A DNA stretch of 63,432 nt, filler included, from Choristocarpus tenellus KU-1152 (lineage: Eukaryota > Protista > Phaeophyceae): the NCBI GenBank assembly GCA_964200185.2. It is 13 parts of 13 records of this genome, joined end to end, with 100 filler letters (N's around TTAATTAATTAA, not from the genome) between each part and the next. Parts side by side here need not be neighbours in the genome. Positions count along the whole stretch, not along the records: positions 9,059 to 14,252 come from CAXNAD020011548.1; positions 14,353 to 17,932 come from CAXNAD020019136.1; positions 18,033 to 20,908 come from CAXNAD020023994.1; positions 21,009 to 25,900 come from CAXNAD020012643.1; 9 more parts are not named here. One strand, 5' to 3'. Below are positions 12,422 to 24,771 of the stretch, piece after piece. A model generated the notes under the pieces. It saw nothing but the letters and a program-made list of their open reading frames with translations, was not told where the DNA came from and made no database searches. Numbering within the stretch: position 1 is the stretch's first letter; each line of letters starts with the position of its first letter. The translations under genes were made by a program, and so were the position numbers.

Positions 12422-15401
12422 CGCCTTCACCTCACCTCCACTAGGATTATCAAGAAGATTGGACCGTGTGCTCTGGCACCTTGTAACCATGGTTAAATCA
12501 TTCTTATTTTATTTCCATTTATTTTTATTTCATTGGTTGAGTCTTATCAAGAGACGCACACGCACTGTGGTATCACCGTTAGGGTTAGGGTTTCAAATAA
12601 TATAATATAAAAAAAAGGGTAACAAGAACTCTCGAGTTAGTGGGGAACATAATATCACAGTTTCTCTACACTGAAATTTGTGGTATATATATATATAACA
12701 TAATATCTATACAACTCCAGGGCGCTACAGAGTAATATTAAGATATTACAGCACACTGCAGAGGACTACAGAGCATTGTGATTATGCTACACAAGGCTAC
12801 AGAGCGAAAGAATGAGGTCACAGGAACTTACGGAGCAAACTGATTCCATGACTCGACCAATTCAACCACAAATACCAAGGATTATTCCCACAACTATTCC
12901 CACAAACTTGGACGGACGAGCTTGGGGTAATACATCAAGTAATATTCAGGTAATACTGGGACCCAGAACCTTCACCTGAAAATACATCAAGTACAGGACC
13001 AGCGTGTGTGTTTTCAGCTCTGATTTAGAGACAATCACATCCAGGACAAGAGCCAAAACCTTTATCAAGAACGTGTTTTTTTTCCTCAGAATAAAAAAAA
13101 ACATATTCCGTTCACAATGCTACCCGTGCCGAGAGGTTGGTTCCAGCATCATCACCACATTCACCAGCTGTTGGAAGACATTCTCCTCCACAAATCTGAA
13201 GCCCTTCCAAGCGACACATACTATACGTAACACATACTGTACATAAAACCACTACGCAACAATAGCAACAACCCCAATGAAGTTTTCCTAGTATACAGCA
13301 CAGCGTAGGCACCCTCCAAGTTACCCTCCTTTTGCACGCTTCCAAACCTCAAAAATCGCACTAAGTTACACTTAAGTAGCATACAACAACCACACACGAC
13401 GCCAGCCTAACAATAGCTGCAGGCTATTGCCTCCAAAAACATCCAAGTTTACTGGTTCAACTCTTTGCAGGTCACATCCTTCTTGCACAACTCACTAGGT
13501 ACGGCTTACAACGGTTGTCACTTACAACTCACTTGAATGTCTATATTCTCATCACAGCGATCTAATAATTGTGTTTACTGTCCCAAGTGTCCACGTAGGC
13601 AACTCGATATATATACATATATACATACATATGTATTGATCAGCAGATGCCCGCCATCAAGACACACCAATGAATCCTTTATTTCGCCCCTTAAGTCTGT
13701 ACCTATAACCTCATTCCTCTCGATTTTCAAATTGGAAAAAAAATCAAAGTTTTTTTTCTTCTTTTTCCGGGCATGACATCACTCTCGCCAGGAACAAAGC
13801 CTAATAGGGGGGTTCACTTCGGGCCTCATGAGTTTTTTCAAGACTCTTTTTGGAAGTTTAGCAACATTCATCAAACATTAACCATGACAAAAACTCAAAT
13901 ACAGTCAATCTCGCTTCAGAGGTTGTACCCCTGGAATCGACTATTTGCAGCAAAGACATTGATAACTAATAGCACCCCCCAAAATACTAAAACACACACA
14001 CACAAACACCACAATGCAGTCATTGAGGCCCCAAGAAAGTCAACTTCACTCTGCTCAAGATAGATGGTACCACCCTCAGCGGAACCCAAGCAGACACAGA
14101 GGAAGGGTGCAATCAAACTCTACTCAACACTGTTAAAACAAAAAAAAGACTGCTAATACACAAAACACATCTACTAATTTCTTTCCTCTCCATTTAAACA
14201 ACATATTTGTCCCAAAAAATAAATAAATATATATATATATTCATACCTCCCCNNNNNNNNNNNNNNNNNNNNNNNNNNNNNNNNNNNNNNNNNNNNTTAA
14301 TTAATTAANNNNNNNNNNNNNNNNNNNNNNNNNNNNNNNNNNNNNNNNNNNNTACGAACACTTAAGCGTGTTAAGAAGCTTGGCGCATGTAAGGCTCGTC
14401 ACCAAAAGCTAGCAGTTGGATTTCATGGTAAAGCATACACTGAATTATTAATTGCCCGTCAACCATCCATCATCGCTGACGTGTGCATAAATGTTGACTT
14501 ATTACATTCTTATGCGCGTACGTACTTTGTATTATACCCAACTAAATATAAACGTACGTATAACCTATGTTATATACTTGTGTCAGCACAAATAACATAA
14601 GGATATCACTAGGTTATTCAACACCCTCTGTCGTGCCTGGTACATTTTGTGTTCACCTTTGTGTTTGGGTCAGCAAGTGTCAGCGATTTTCTCCACTTGA
14701 CTTCAAAGTGAGCAGTCCATAATTCTTCCCCCCTATCTTAGCAACCTTCAATCCAGGCCTTCCAGCGCTTATCACAAAAAAATTCCCATCTCCAATTTCA
14801 GTCGCCCCTGATTGTTTCCTCACTTGAATAATGGAGAAGAGATTAAATCTTAACTCAGGGACAAGTGACAGGTATACCTACCTGTACGTACTTTTCTATC
14901 CCACGCTAAACCACAAAGGGGAAGCTGAAGATCTGGATCATAATAGAGAACACCCATTATCGGTGAAGGGAGTATGCAGAGAAGAGAGAGCAATGACTAT
15001 GAAAACAGAAAAAAGGGCAATTTTTTTTTTTGGAAGGCAAGCCCCAAACGGACAAACAAGGCAAAACTCCAAAAATGTAGGGTTGTGTGATTTTGTGTCC
15101 TGCCACTTTGACTGACTGAAAGATCCTCATGAATGCACCTTTCTTGGGCTGTGGTGCATCAAATTGGGTGCTGTTTGGCTCGAAATGGATCTACTCATTG
15201 ACTCTATACAGCATTTTTTGGTGGGTTTATTTGAGGTTTGAGTCCTATTTTTGATCTCACCACTCTTTGGGTCCCTCTCACTACTTTCTGCATAAACCAA
15301 AACTCCAGTCCGTTCGTCTGCCTCTCTCTCCATGTGTGTCTGTGTCTGTACGTTACCAGTACCGACTCTCGTCCTGGCTAGTAGTAGAAGGAATATAGGT
15401 A

Positions 15402-16495
15402 TAGTTTGTATCGAGTATGTAGGAAGTCAAAATACGTGAGATGTGTCCAGATTTTGACCGTTTGGCTCAAAGTATGTTTGGGGGGGTGGAGGCTTAAGGA
15501 ACGAGAAATAAGGTGTTAGGGTTGTGCTACAAGGGCTCTGAAGCCCGAAAGAAGGTCGAAAGTGCTCGCAAGGCAGAGAAGAAAGTGATCGTAACAAAGG
15601 CAGCTGTTCAGACTTTTCGATACCACCAAATCCCTTACTTAGAAGTGGTCGCGAAGCAAGGTGGAGGTAGCCATTGACGAGGACGCCAGGGAAGAAGAGG
15701 TGGTGAGATTGAGACTATTTTCACACCAATGCTTTGGTGTCTCCCACTTCTTGCAAGATGCCGTACATTCACTTTTGTTCCTGGACTTGGGGTTGGACGT
15801 ATAAAGCTGATTAAGGCTTTCTCCCTGCATGCATTCGTTGGAGAAATCAACGCAAGTTTGGATCAACTCAAGCCTGTCCTCCCTCGCCCTTGCGCCTTGA
15901 TGATAAAATATCACCTGAACAGGAAACACGGACAACGCCCATTTCGGTCGCTCAACGAGGAAATGTGATAGTAAAGGCTCTAACACTGTGAAACCTGTAC
16001 GTGCATAAACGACGGGAAAGATCGTCAAATGGCGCTCGAGATGGCAACAGGATATGCGATGGTAAGGTCAGAAACTGTGAGAAAATGGGAGAGATACTTC
16101 CTAGCTAAGGGCCACGTCAATGTGTCAGAGCAAGGGCGCTGCGAGAGGCGTTACGTCCTGGGCCTCAATGAGGACATCCTTGTCGAGGTCAAAGAGTGGG
16201 TGTGCGAACACACAGGAAGAAAGGGTGGGGAGGTTTTTTTCTCGTGTGAACCCTATGCTTTAATCAAGTAATAGTGCATCTGTTGCGACTCTTGGTGGCC
16301 TACAATCCAGGTATCGAATCCCAATATGGGCGCTCTTTCTTCAAAAGACAAAATAATGGCGAAAAATAGACACCAACCCCATACTCTGGAGGGCCTTGAG
16401 AGCCTTGTGACGGGCATCACGAATATGCTTTTATTTTTTCAATCCGATGTCTAAACCAAAAGTTATGACAGGGGGCGAAGATACTGATACCACTA
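15402..16495 (+). mobile_element. Tc1/mariner(IS630)-like non-autonomous element, copy 2 (complete, ~1.1 kb)
   Basis: Imperfect TIRs TAGTTTGTATCGAGTAT / ATACTGATACCACTA, with TA on both flanks (15400-15401, 16496-16497). Relic ORF ATGYAMVRSETVRKWERYFLAKGHVNVSEQGRCER; no DDE domain seen. Confidence 0.65.
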
Positions 16496-17019
16496 TACCA
16501 AGCCAGCCAACACCAAAGTTGTCCTCTTACTGTCACTAGTCCACGCCAGGCTCTGTAGAAGCGGACAGCCTAGTGCAGCCAGGATGTGGCTCATTTGCCA
16601 ACCTCTAGGGGACCATACATTATTTAGAGTTTTCCACTGGCCGTTAGGGTAGGAAAAGTACTGAAGAATCTAATAGAATGCCAAGCATAAGCAGTGGTGA
16701 AGTTGCCCATGATACAAAGCCACTTGGTCTAGCGTCCTGCAGCATGCCACAATCAAATATTTAGACCTTATGTGCACGGGAAGCAACAAGTGAGGTCTCC
16801 TAAAATTTTCGAACTAACGTAGGGATATTGCTAAGCTTTTCAAGCATATTTAAAACATCATACCTACGAAGATCACAACTATCATTTTCTCGACACTGGT
16901 CAAAAACCACTCAGCTTTTTTTATTTGAAGCAAGAGAATCACAGCAACGCAGATGCCATCAGACAAATAGATATCGCCAGTCAGCACCTCTCTTGTTTCC
17001 AGACAACAGAAAAACAGCA

Positions 17020-17330
17020 ACGCAAATATGCTCTCAGACATAAGACCTACAGCTGATGTCAACTCACTTGCGTATTATTAGACCGATTCTTCATTTTTTC
17101 TCTCTTGTTATAAAAAAGTAGGCCGCAGTCCTCAGAGATTTAAAGGAGAAACAAGGCGAGGAATATTCCTATTGATAACCTATTGCATAATACTACACTT
17201 CTTCAATCAGACCAAACATTCCATTAACAGGTGCTGTGATGACAACAGCACTTCGATAAAGATCCCAAACATGTCCCAGAAAGGGACAGTGCATTCCTTG
17301 AGAGCAAATGGAGTCATATCTCGGATCGTA
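17020..17330 (+). pseudogene. Possible Myb/SANT-like relic (PIF/Harbinger ORF1-like)
   Basis: Fragments DLQLMSTHLRI and HFDKDPKHVPERDSAFLESKWSHIS resemble the EDxxL and R-x-x-x-S-L-x-S-KW motifs; broken by stop codons. Confidence 0.25.
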
Positions 17331-18032
17331 CCAGAGGTAGATGCACGGATTATAATGCAACGATTTTTCTTTTCTTGAAGAACCCCAGCACAGCGTGGAG
17401 ATAGATGAAACCTGTGGAAGTATTCAATCCAGTTGCAGTCTCCATCGGTCAGATCTGTCGTGTTACTAATATATAATGATCAATTTGAAGAGATCAATTT
17501 ATTCCCTCTCAGTGAACAGAGTAAGTATTGGTCAGCATTTTCACCCTCCATTCTTAAGCCAAAAAAATTGAAGACCACACCTATACGGTAACGCTATCTG
17601 CCCTTCCTTATCGCTGAGTATGGGATGATATACTTCGAAGTATCGAGGATGGAGTGGCGGACCCTGTTAAAGTATCTCCAAAATCATCAAAGAGGATAAA
17701 CGTGATAAACCCAGCGAGATTGCTTGGCGTCTGTAGAGTGACTGATAAATATTAGGTGGGGCATGCAGTGCCCCATAAAATATGAAATATTTCCTTTTAT
17801 ATGAGAAACATTCTCATTCAAATAATCACTAGTAATAGGTTCTGATATCTCAGACACTAATGATTGTTTTGTTACTCCATACATATTTTACCGTAACTGT
17901 CCGATAGAGTTGGAAGAGTCTAATCGAACACCNNNNNNNNNNNNNNNNNNNNNNNNNNNNNNNNNNNNNNNNNNNNTTAATTAATTAANNNNNNNNNNNN
18001 NNNNNNNNNNNNNNNNNNNNNNNNNNNNNNNN

Positions 18033-18057
18033 CCCACCCTCCCAGATATGTTGGGTC
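18033..18057. mobile_element. MITE family A right end at contig start
   Basis: CCCACCCTCCCAGATATGTTGGGTC, a variant of CCCAGATACTTTGRGYC. Confidence 0.5.
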
Positions 18058-18246
18058 AAATGGCTTCAGGACCTGACCAAGCTTCAAGTTTGGGGAACGG
18101 GCACCGATTACGTAAGATCCCTTGACCAGAGTAGTGACGTCACACGCTCACCACCACTGTCAGAAGGGAGTCGTTTCAGGTTTTCCGCTTCGGAAATACC
18201 ATCGGGTCTAGTAATTACGGGTTCTGGAGAAGAGAATTTAGCACTC

Positions 18247-18540
18247 TTGTTCTCTAAATGGCACGTGGCAATATCCTTGCACTCTAGTCAGTATGGTCCC
18301 GCATCCCCTGAGACGACTAATGCTCGATGTGTAGAATTTTTACCGAAAATACTTCAAGGACCAGCTGAAACCTTTTATTTTCAGGCGTTGGCGGATACGG
18401 TAGAGTGGCGTTCAACAAGTGGCTTGCCTCATTTGCAATCGTCTCTTGATACCCCTGTCCCCATTACACCTCCAAAGACTTGGGATGATGTCCAGAAAGC
18501 CTTGATCACCGCGTTTACTCCTGCCCATGCTCAGAATCAC
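18247..18540 (+). pseudogene. LTR-retrotransposon gag-like fragment
   Basis: LQGPAETFY...TWDDVQKALITAFTP resembles the Retrotrans_gag L-x-G-x-A-x-x-W/F and TWxxLKxxLxxxF pattern. Confidence 0.5.
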
Positions 18541-18599
18541 ACGATTCACATAATCGTACAATCTAATTAATTGTATGTCTGTTCATTTTTCAAACAATT

Positions 18600-19500
18600 G
18601 TCCAATTCTTCGCAAATATCAATAATAATATGGAAAGATATTTTGTTTTGCTCACGAATTCTGGATTATTATTATTATTATTATTATTTTATTCTACCTT
18701 TATATTCCTCCCTATTCCCTTTTCTCCCCACATTCTAACAACCCTTGTGACCAACCAGTGCGACCTCTTCGCCATTGATTTCCAGTCACCCCCTACATCT
18801 GATGACCAACCAAGGCGAGCCCCCTTCGCCCCTGATTTTTCGTCACCCCACACATCCGATGACCAACCAGGGCGACCCCTTCGCCGCTGATTTCCAGTCA
18901 CCCCCCCTATTTGATGACCGACCAGTGCGACCCCTTTCGCCACTGATTTCCGGTCTCTACCACCCCTTTCAACCCTATTCAACCCCAGTCAACCCCACCC
19001 CACTTATCACTCACCACACTATTCAACACCATTCAACACCATTCAACACCACTCCACAATCATCCAAGAACACCCCTTCATAATCCCCTTCATATCGTGC
19101 CTTTGAGCTAGAAGACATCTACCCTGCCCGAACTTGACCTCCCCTCCCACCCTAAGATCCAAGTCGGTCATGAGCAAGCGACAGGGTGGATGGGCGGGAA
19201 ATCTTGCTCGGGGGTCCTCTTGATCTAGCCCTCCTCATCTTGTCACCCCAGCCTCAGGTTTTCTCTTCGATTCAATACTGTCCATTCTTCTCCCCTTGTG
19301 CCTCTGTCTGCCACCTATTTTCTTAACCACTCTAACTCTTCGTTCCCTCCTTGATAATTTTATTTCTTTCCTGTCCCATTCCTTGCCTTGTGCCCCCAAC
19401 CAATCAGAATTCTTCCACCCACAAAACTCAGATTACTTCATAACCTTTCCCTTCAAGAATTTCGTTTTGTCCGAAACGTTGAGGGGATTATTTGGATTTT
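18600..19500 (+). mobile_element. Penelope-like element 3' remnant with hairpin array and degenerate hammerhead-like motif
   Basis: FAHEFWI relic at ~18647-18667, four ~55-bp hairpin units at 18745-18955, a conserved spacer shared with the other two copies, a pyrimidine tract, then CCCTTCAAGAA...CCGAAACGTTGAGGG. Confidence 0.5.
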
Positions 19501-20197
19501 GACGATTACAACGTAACTTGAATTTGCGTTGTTCGGGGATCTGAAGTAGGAGGGTGGACACTGGAAGATTAGTTGGATAGGGTCTTGAGGACGGTGATAG
19601 TTTCACAGGAAGTGGGTCTTACACCTCCAGAACACACGCTCAAGTGAGGCTAGTCGTGATGGAAGGTCAAGAGAGAAGACAGGAGAGCCCATGGGTAGAC
19701 ACGGTTGGATAGGAGGTATCACTAGAATCTGACGACCATCCTCTCCCACTGAAGACTCCTCGCTCAACCCCACCTGCATAGCTAACCTTCGTGAAGATGC
19801 CAGTCACCCTTTCGCATGCCCATACTGCGCCATACACTCGCCCAATCCCACTCTCTTCGACCTCAACTATACCCTCACCAACTGAAGACTCCATCCACCC
19901 CCTCCATAGTGAGCTCATTCCCCTCCTACATGCCACCACCGAGGCCCAAGTTCATCTTTTCTCCCCACATAATACCCCAGACCACAAACTTTACCACACC
20001 CAAATCGCCTCACAAGCGAAGGCACCCCCTCTCAAAACTTTCCAACCCATCCATACCATCCCAGACCCTGACTTGAACCCAGACCTGCCTCCTTATCAAA
20101 CTCCTCAGTCACTGAACCCTGGTCCCCCCTCCACTCCTCCACTGCCCATGCCATCACTAGCATAGACTAGACTACTCAAAACAGTGGAGCCCCCACA

Positions 20198-20376
20198 GAT
20201 CCAAAGTATCTGGGAGGGGGTGGCGGCTGTCCTGTTGAGGCCAATTTTTTCATGTAGCGATTTTTGGGTGGTTGGGTTGCATACGTTGGATGGATACTGT
20301 AAGTGCACTTTTCCTAGTTATGGTCCAAATAGACACCCTGGTGTTGACCTCCCCCCCCCCCCAGATACTTTGGATC
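20198..20376 (-). mobile_element. MITE family A (179 bp), complete, TSD CACA
   Basis: TIRs GATCCAAAGTATCTGGG / CCCAGATACTTTGGATC with CACA on both flanks; reverse orientation relative to the 61572 copy. Confidence 0.9.
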
Positions 20377-20659
20377 CACAGCATCCTTCCTCGCTCTATT
20401 TTTCCCTCTTTTTTGAGACCCTCGATTACTTCCCACACATCGCTTTCCTTCCTTTTCTGCACCGACCAGGAGGGGGAGATCATGTTCTTGTGCTTCGCCA
20501 AGCCCTCTCAGGAATGTGAGGGAATAATGCTGGGTTTAACCAGGTTCGCTCCCTCTAAAAGTTCAGTTCTGAGGGGGCAGCATGTATACCCTCCCACTTC
20601 ATACATACCTTCTGGACACACAATCGCTCATAGTTGGTCGAAATTGGGGAGTGGGTAAA

Positions 20660-20908
20660 GAGCCAAAGTATCTTAGAAGGTAGAACCGCGTCCATTTGGA
20701 GGTCAAATTCCAATGTTCCGAGTTTGATGTAATTTTGACTATCGAGTTTTTGGGCAAGTGTCAATATCCTTGTTCCGGACACACCTTTTCATAACGTGCA
20801 AATTTTACCTACTCCGAAACATATTGGAGTAGGAAAATGTCATAAAACACCTGTGGGAAGCCAAGTCCCAAATGGACAAACAGGGCAAAATTCGTACCCT
20901 CTAAGTTA
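20660..20908 (+). mobile_element. MITE family B, nearly complete (cut by contig end)
   Basis: GAGCCAAAGTATCTTAGA...CCCAAATGGACAAACAGGGCAAAATTCGTACCCTCTAAG; colinear with 40142-40399. Confidence 0.88.
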
Positions 20909-22049
20909 NNNNNNNNNNNNNNNNNNNNNNNNNNNNNNNNNNNNNNNNNNNNTTAATTAATTAANNNNNNNNNNNNNNNNNNNNNNNNNNNNNNNNNNNN
21001 NNNNNNNNGGGGGGAGACGTTGTGGGGGGCTGGCGGTTAGAGCTTGTCGCCCTCCCCTCCCCTCCCCCCCCCGGCCCCCCCCCCCCCCCCCCCCCCCCCT
21101 AGTCATTTATTCTATTTTCAGTTTATCAGGAGGACATACCATCTTTTCAATCATGGTGTGTAGGACAAGTATAGCCTTTTAGACTATTAATGATCAAGTT
21201 TGGGCATGTAAGAAATGATCACAAATATGGTCATACAGTGTAGGATTTTCTCGTTCTATGTGCGCCAGATTCATGTTCCGATTCGTTGTTTGACGTTGCA
21301 GATGGAAAAGTTTTCATTTCATGCTGTTGTTTGTAAGCTGTATTGGGCAGCACCACCTCCCAATGATTATGCATCAATGTGGCAGTGTTCTTCTCCAACG
21401 TATCCCCTTCTAGCCATCGTACCGTTGTGATTACTAGTTCTGATGCCACGGAGCAAATCACGTCTTGGAGCTAGCTTTTTCCTGATTCTTGTATGATGCT
21501 CAACTTTCCTTGAAGCTGTTAATGCGTGTGTATTGTAATGTGTTGCTGTGGGGTGGTTTTCACCAGTTCTCAGGCAAAAAATGATACAGTGGTGTGTTGT
21601 AATGGTACGTCCAACGAAGACCTTTGCTAGTTGACACTTTTTGCTTCCCTGGCTGACCACAGGACCACCCATGTGGCAGAAGTAGATGTCATGGGGCCAC
21701 CTCTTCAACTAGGATCCTAGCCAAACATTGTCTCCGATCATCTTAGTTGTAGTTGTAAAATACTTCATTAGCAGTTTCGATACTCTCAGGTACATGGGGT
21801 GTTTTTAGAGCTCTAGTACCCCAAACAACGAATTGTTTCCACCCCTACTGTCCTCTAAACCGACCTCCAAGCCCGTATCAAAGAACGAGTGTGATGATCT
21901 GTGTCGTGAACACCAGTCTGCAGCCCGAAATAATCTAAGGTAGGCTGTATCGAGCCAATTAGATGCAGTTGCCGTGCAAGTCTCCTGCCCTCTCGATGCT
22001 GGTAGATCGATTGATTCTCCCACCCACCACGACATAACCCTCTCTGCAG

Positions 22050-24590
22050 TCAATGATCGAGGCAGAGCGACAGGATCTTTGCAAGGGAGAGGTAATGCCT
22101 TCTCATGCCTCGGGTGTGAGCGGTGGCAACCCGTATGCAAGTAGAGATGGGTTGTTCATGCGTAAGCTTGTGGAGGCGGGGGGAGTTGGCGCTGCTGCTG
22201 CAAAAGGGGTGAAGTTGGGGGCGGAGAGGGGGACTTCTGGTCGAGCTGGTATGGATGATGAAGAGATCATCCAAAATATCAAGGGGTAGGGAAGAGATTG
22301 GGGAATGGGGGGATGTCCTGAATAGATTGTCTGTTGTGTGCATGGTCTGTATTTTGAAGGATCTTCTTTGTTTATGTTGTATGTAAGATGGTGACAGTTA
22401 TTGCTAGATGTTGACATTACAAGAGGCAGTCCTTCGGCCTCTGGTTGTCAAGATGTTGACGTGACTTTCATTAGGATAACAATATAATGCAATAGGGCTG
22501 AAGGGGAAGGGTGATGATTGAGATGACCACTAAGGGACTGAGTGATGACTAGAGGGGTGATAGCCCACAGATTATGCTGGGGAACACCTTGGCTTTTAGT
22601 GCATCAATATGTGGCAGTGATGGTGGCTACATCAGATGATGGTACAAGGGGATGCCTTGGACTATTCTATTCAAACAGCTCTCTACTGTATGACGCGATC
22701 TGTATTTGGTATTCATGTTATTTCAGTTGTCTAACGTGGTAGAGATCTCTTCAGGACTGTGGACAAATCGTTTGTCCTTTCACTGAGTTCTTGCTTGTCC
22801 CTTTTGCTCAAGTTAATAGCCAATCAAAGCACATGATTATGACATGTGACATCACCCTAAATCTCCCCTTGTTCCTACAGCACCTGCTAATGTCTACCCA
22901 CCCCCCTTTCCAATAATCCCTCAGGACATACATAGCAGGGAGTGACACAACATCACGCACTATAACGTGGACAATGTACTACATGGCCATTGACAAGGAC
23001 AGACAAGAAAGACTCAGAGCCGAGGTGGACAGGGCTTTTGGTGGCAATCTGGGGTAATTCTTTCAGCTCTTCCCCCCCTTTTCACCCCTCTGTCTGCTCC
23101 CTATGCAAACGTTTTGTTGCACTTGATACAAAACAATATAGGGGTGTAGAAAATACGATTGAAGGGGTGGGGGTATATGATGTTGAGGTGGTTATGGCTA
23201 GTCTGGTAACCTTTAGAGGACGCACCATGGACAACGAGTTTGTTGAGGTGTGCACAGTAGTACACAGTAGCTCTTCAAGAGCCCTGCAGTATGGCGCTAG
23301 TAGGAAATATTCAGCAGTACTGAAACCGTTGCAAGCCTTTTTTGGACAGAACAACGCGACTTTGAATGGAACCATTGATGACTTCCAGTGAACTTGTGCG
23401 TACTTTGTATCATTAACAATTGGGTTTGCATCGCTGAACAGTGATGTCTACCAGCCAAAATGTATTGGTGACTATGATTGTGGATTTCGCACCATTTGTT
23501 TGGCAGTTGTTGTCCTAAACTTTCAATTTAAATGCCTTACGTACTGTGGCTTTTTAAATAGGGAACAGTACTGGTCAATGGAGTAAGAATTGAAGGGAGG
23601 AGTGGAGGGGTCCCATTAGTCACTACCTGTGATTATCCTCCATTTGTCCCACCATCTGCAAAGAAGTAATTCCAAGATGTGAGGCTAGGGGATGTTGCAG
23701 GCCAGTTTGTTGGTGGAAGAGCCTTTCTCTTCATACATGGCCCCTACCTTTAAATATCGGCAGTAGTTAAACCCTCTTGCCAGGCTTTTGAAGGAGCCTC
23801 TGGTTCCAGTGTACTAAATGAGGTACATTTTAGAGTAGTTGCGAGCATCAGCATATCTGGCAATCTCCGCATCCGTCCAACATGAGCTATTGGAGCAAAT
23901 GATGACCCTCCGCTGGCACTAGCTGGATAAATTGAAAGCAGTAGCGTGAGGATTGATTTTGTGGTTGGTTTTAAAATGTGTTCTGTCTACTTTGTAGGAC
24001 ATCTAATATGTGTGTGTCCCTATGTAATGGGTAAGCTAAGTGCGTGCATACAATGCACAGTGAAAGGCTGATGTGACCAACGCAGTGATATGCCATTGTG
24101 TAATTCCAGGGGAAGAACTGCAGGAGTCCGTGCTGACTAAAGTCAGTGTCCCCCCCCCCTCCATACATGCTTGTATGTGGATACACACTCACATATATTC
24201 TAGAACTGAGGAGTAATATCACACCATCAATGCAACAGTCCTCTCCGCTCAAGCGAACCCCAACACTCCCCTCTCAACTTCCTCTCTTCCCTTCCTTTTT
24301 TTTTTTTCACCAATGTATCCAATCGCAAGCTCTGATCCGAAGAGAGCAATGACATTCGAGGTCGCGTCGAGCCTGACCTACTGCAGAGCGGTGGTCAAGG
24401 AAGCACTGCGCTTGCGTGGACCGGGGCCGTTCTTGGTCCTTGAACCTACAGAAAAATACACCACAATGAGTGGGAAGGAAGTGCCAACAGATGCAAGCGT
24501 TTTTCTTCTTCTGCGTTTTGCAGGTACGCAGGAGACTTCCTTCACAAGGGGAAAGGATTTCGTTCCTGAGAGGTGAGGTTGCGGTGGCGG

Positions 24591-24623
<33 letters not shown>

Positions 24624-24710
24624 GGGGTTGTGGGGGGGGTTTTTTTGTTTTGGTGTGGGGGGGGGGGGGTGGGGTTTTTTTTTTTTTTTTTTTTCTTCCC
24701 NNNNNNNNNN

Positions 24711-24771
<61 letters not shown>

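Noticed and set aside
15464-15490. GGCTCAAAGTATG plus G-tract resembling a MITE A end inside the Tc1-like element; also a MITE B-like fragment at 15033-15070
   Set aside because: Too short, with no matching second end or TSD.
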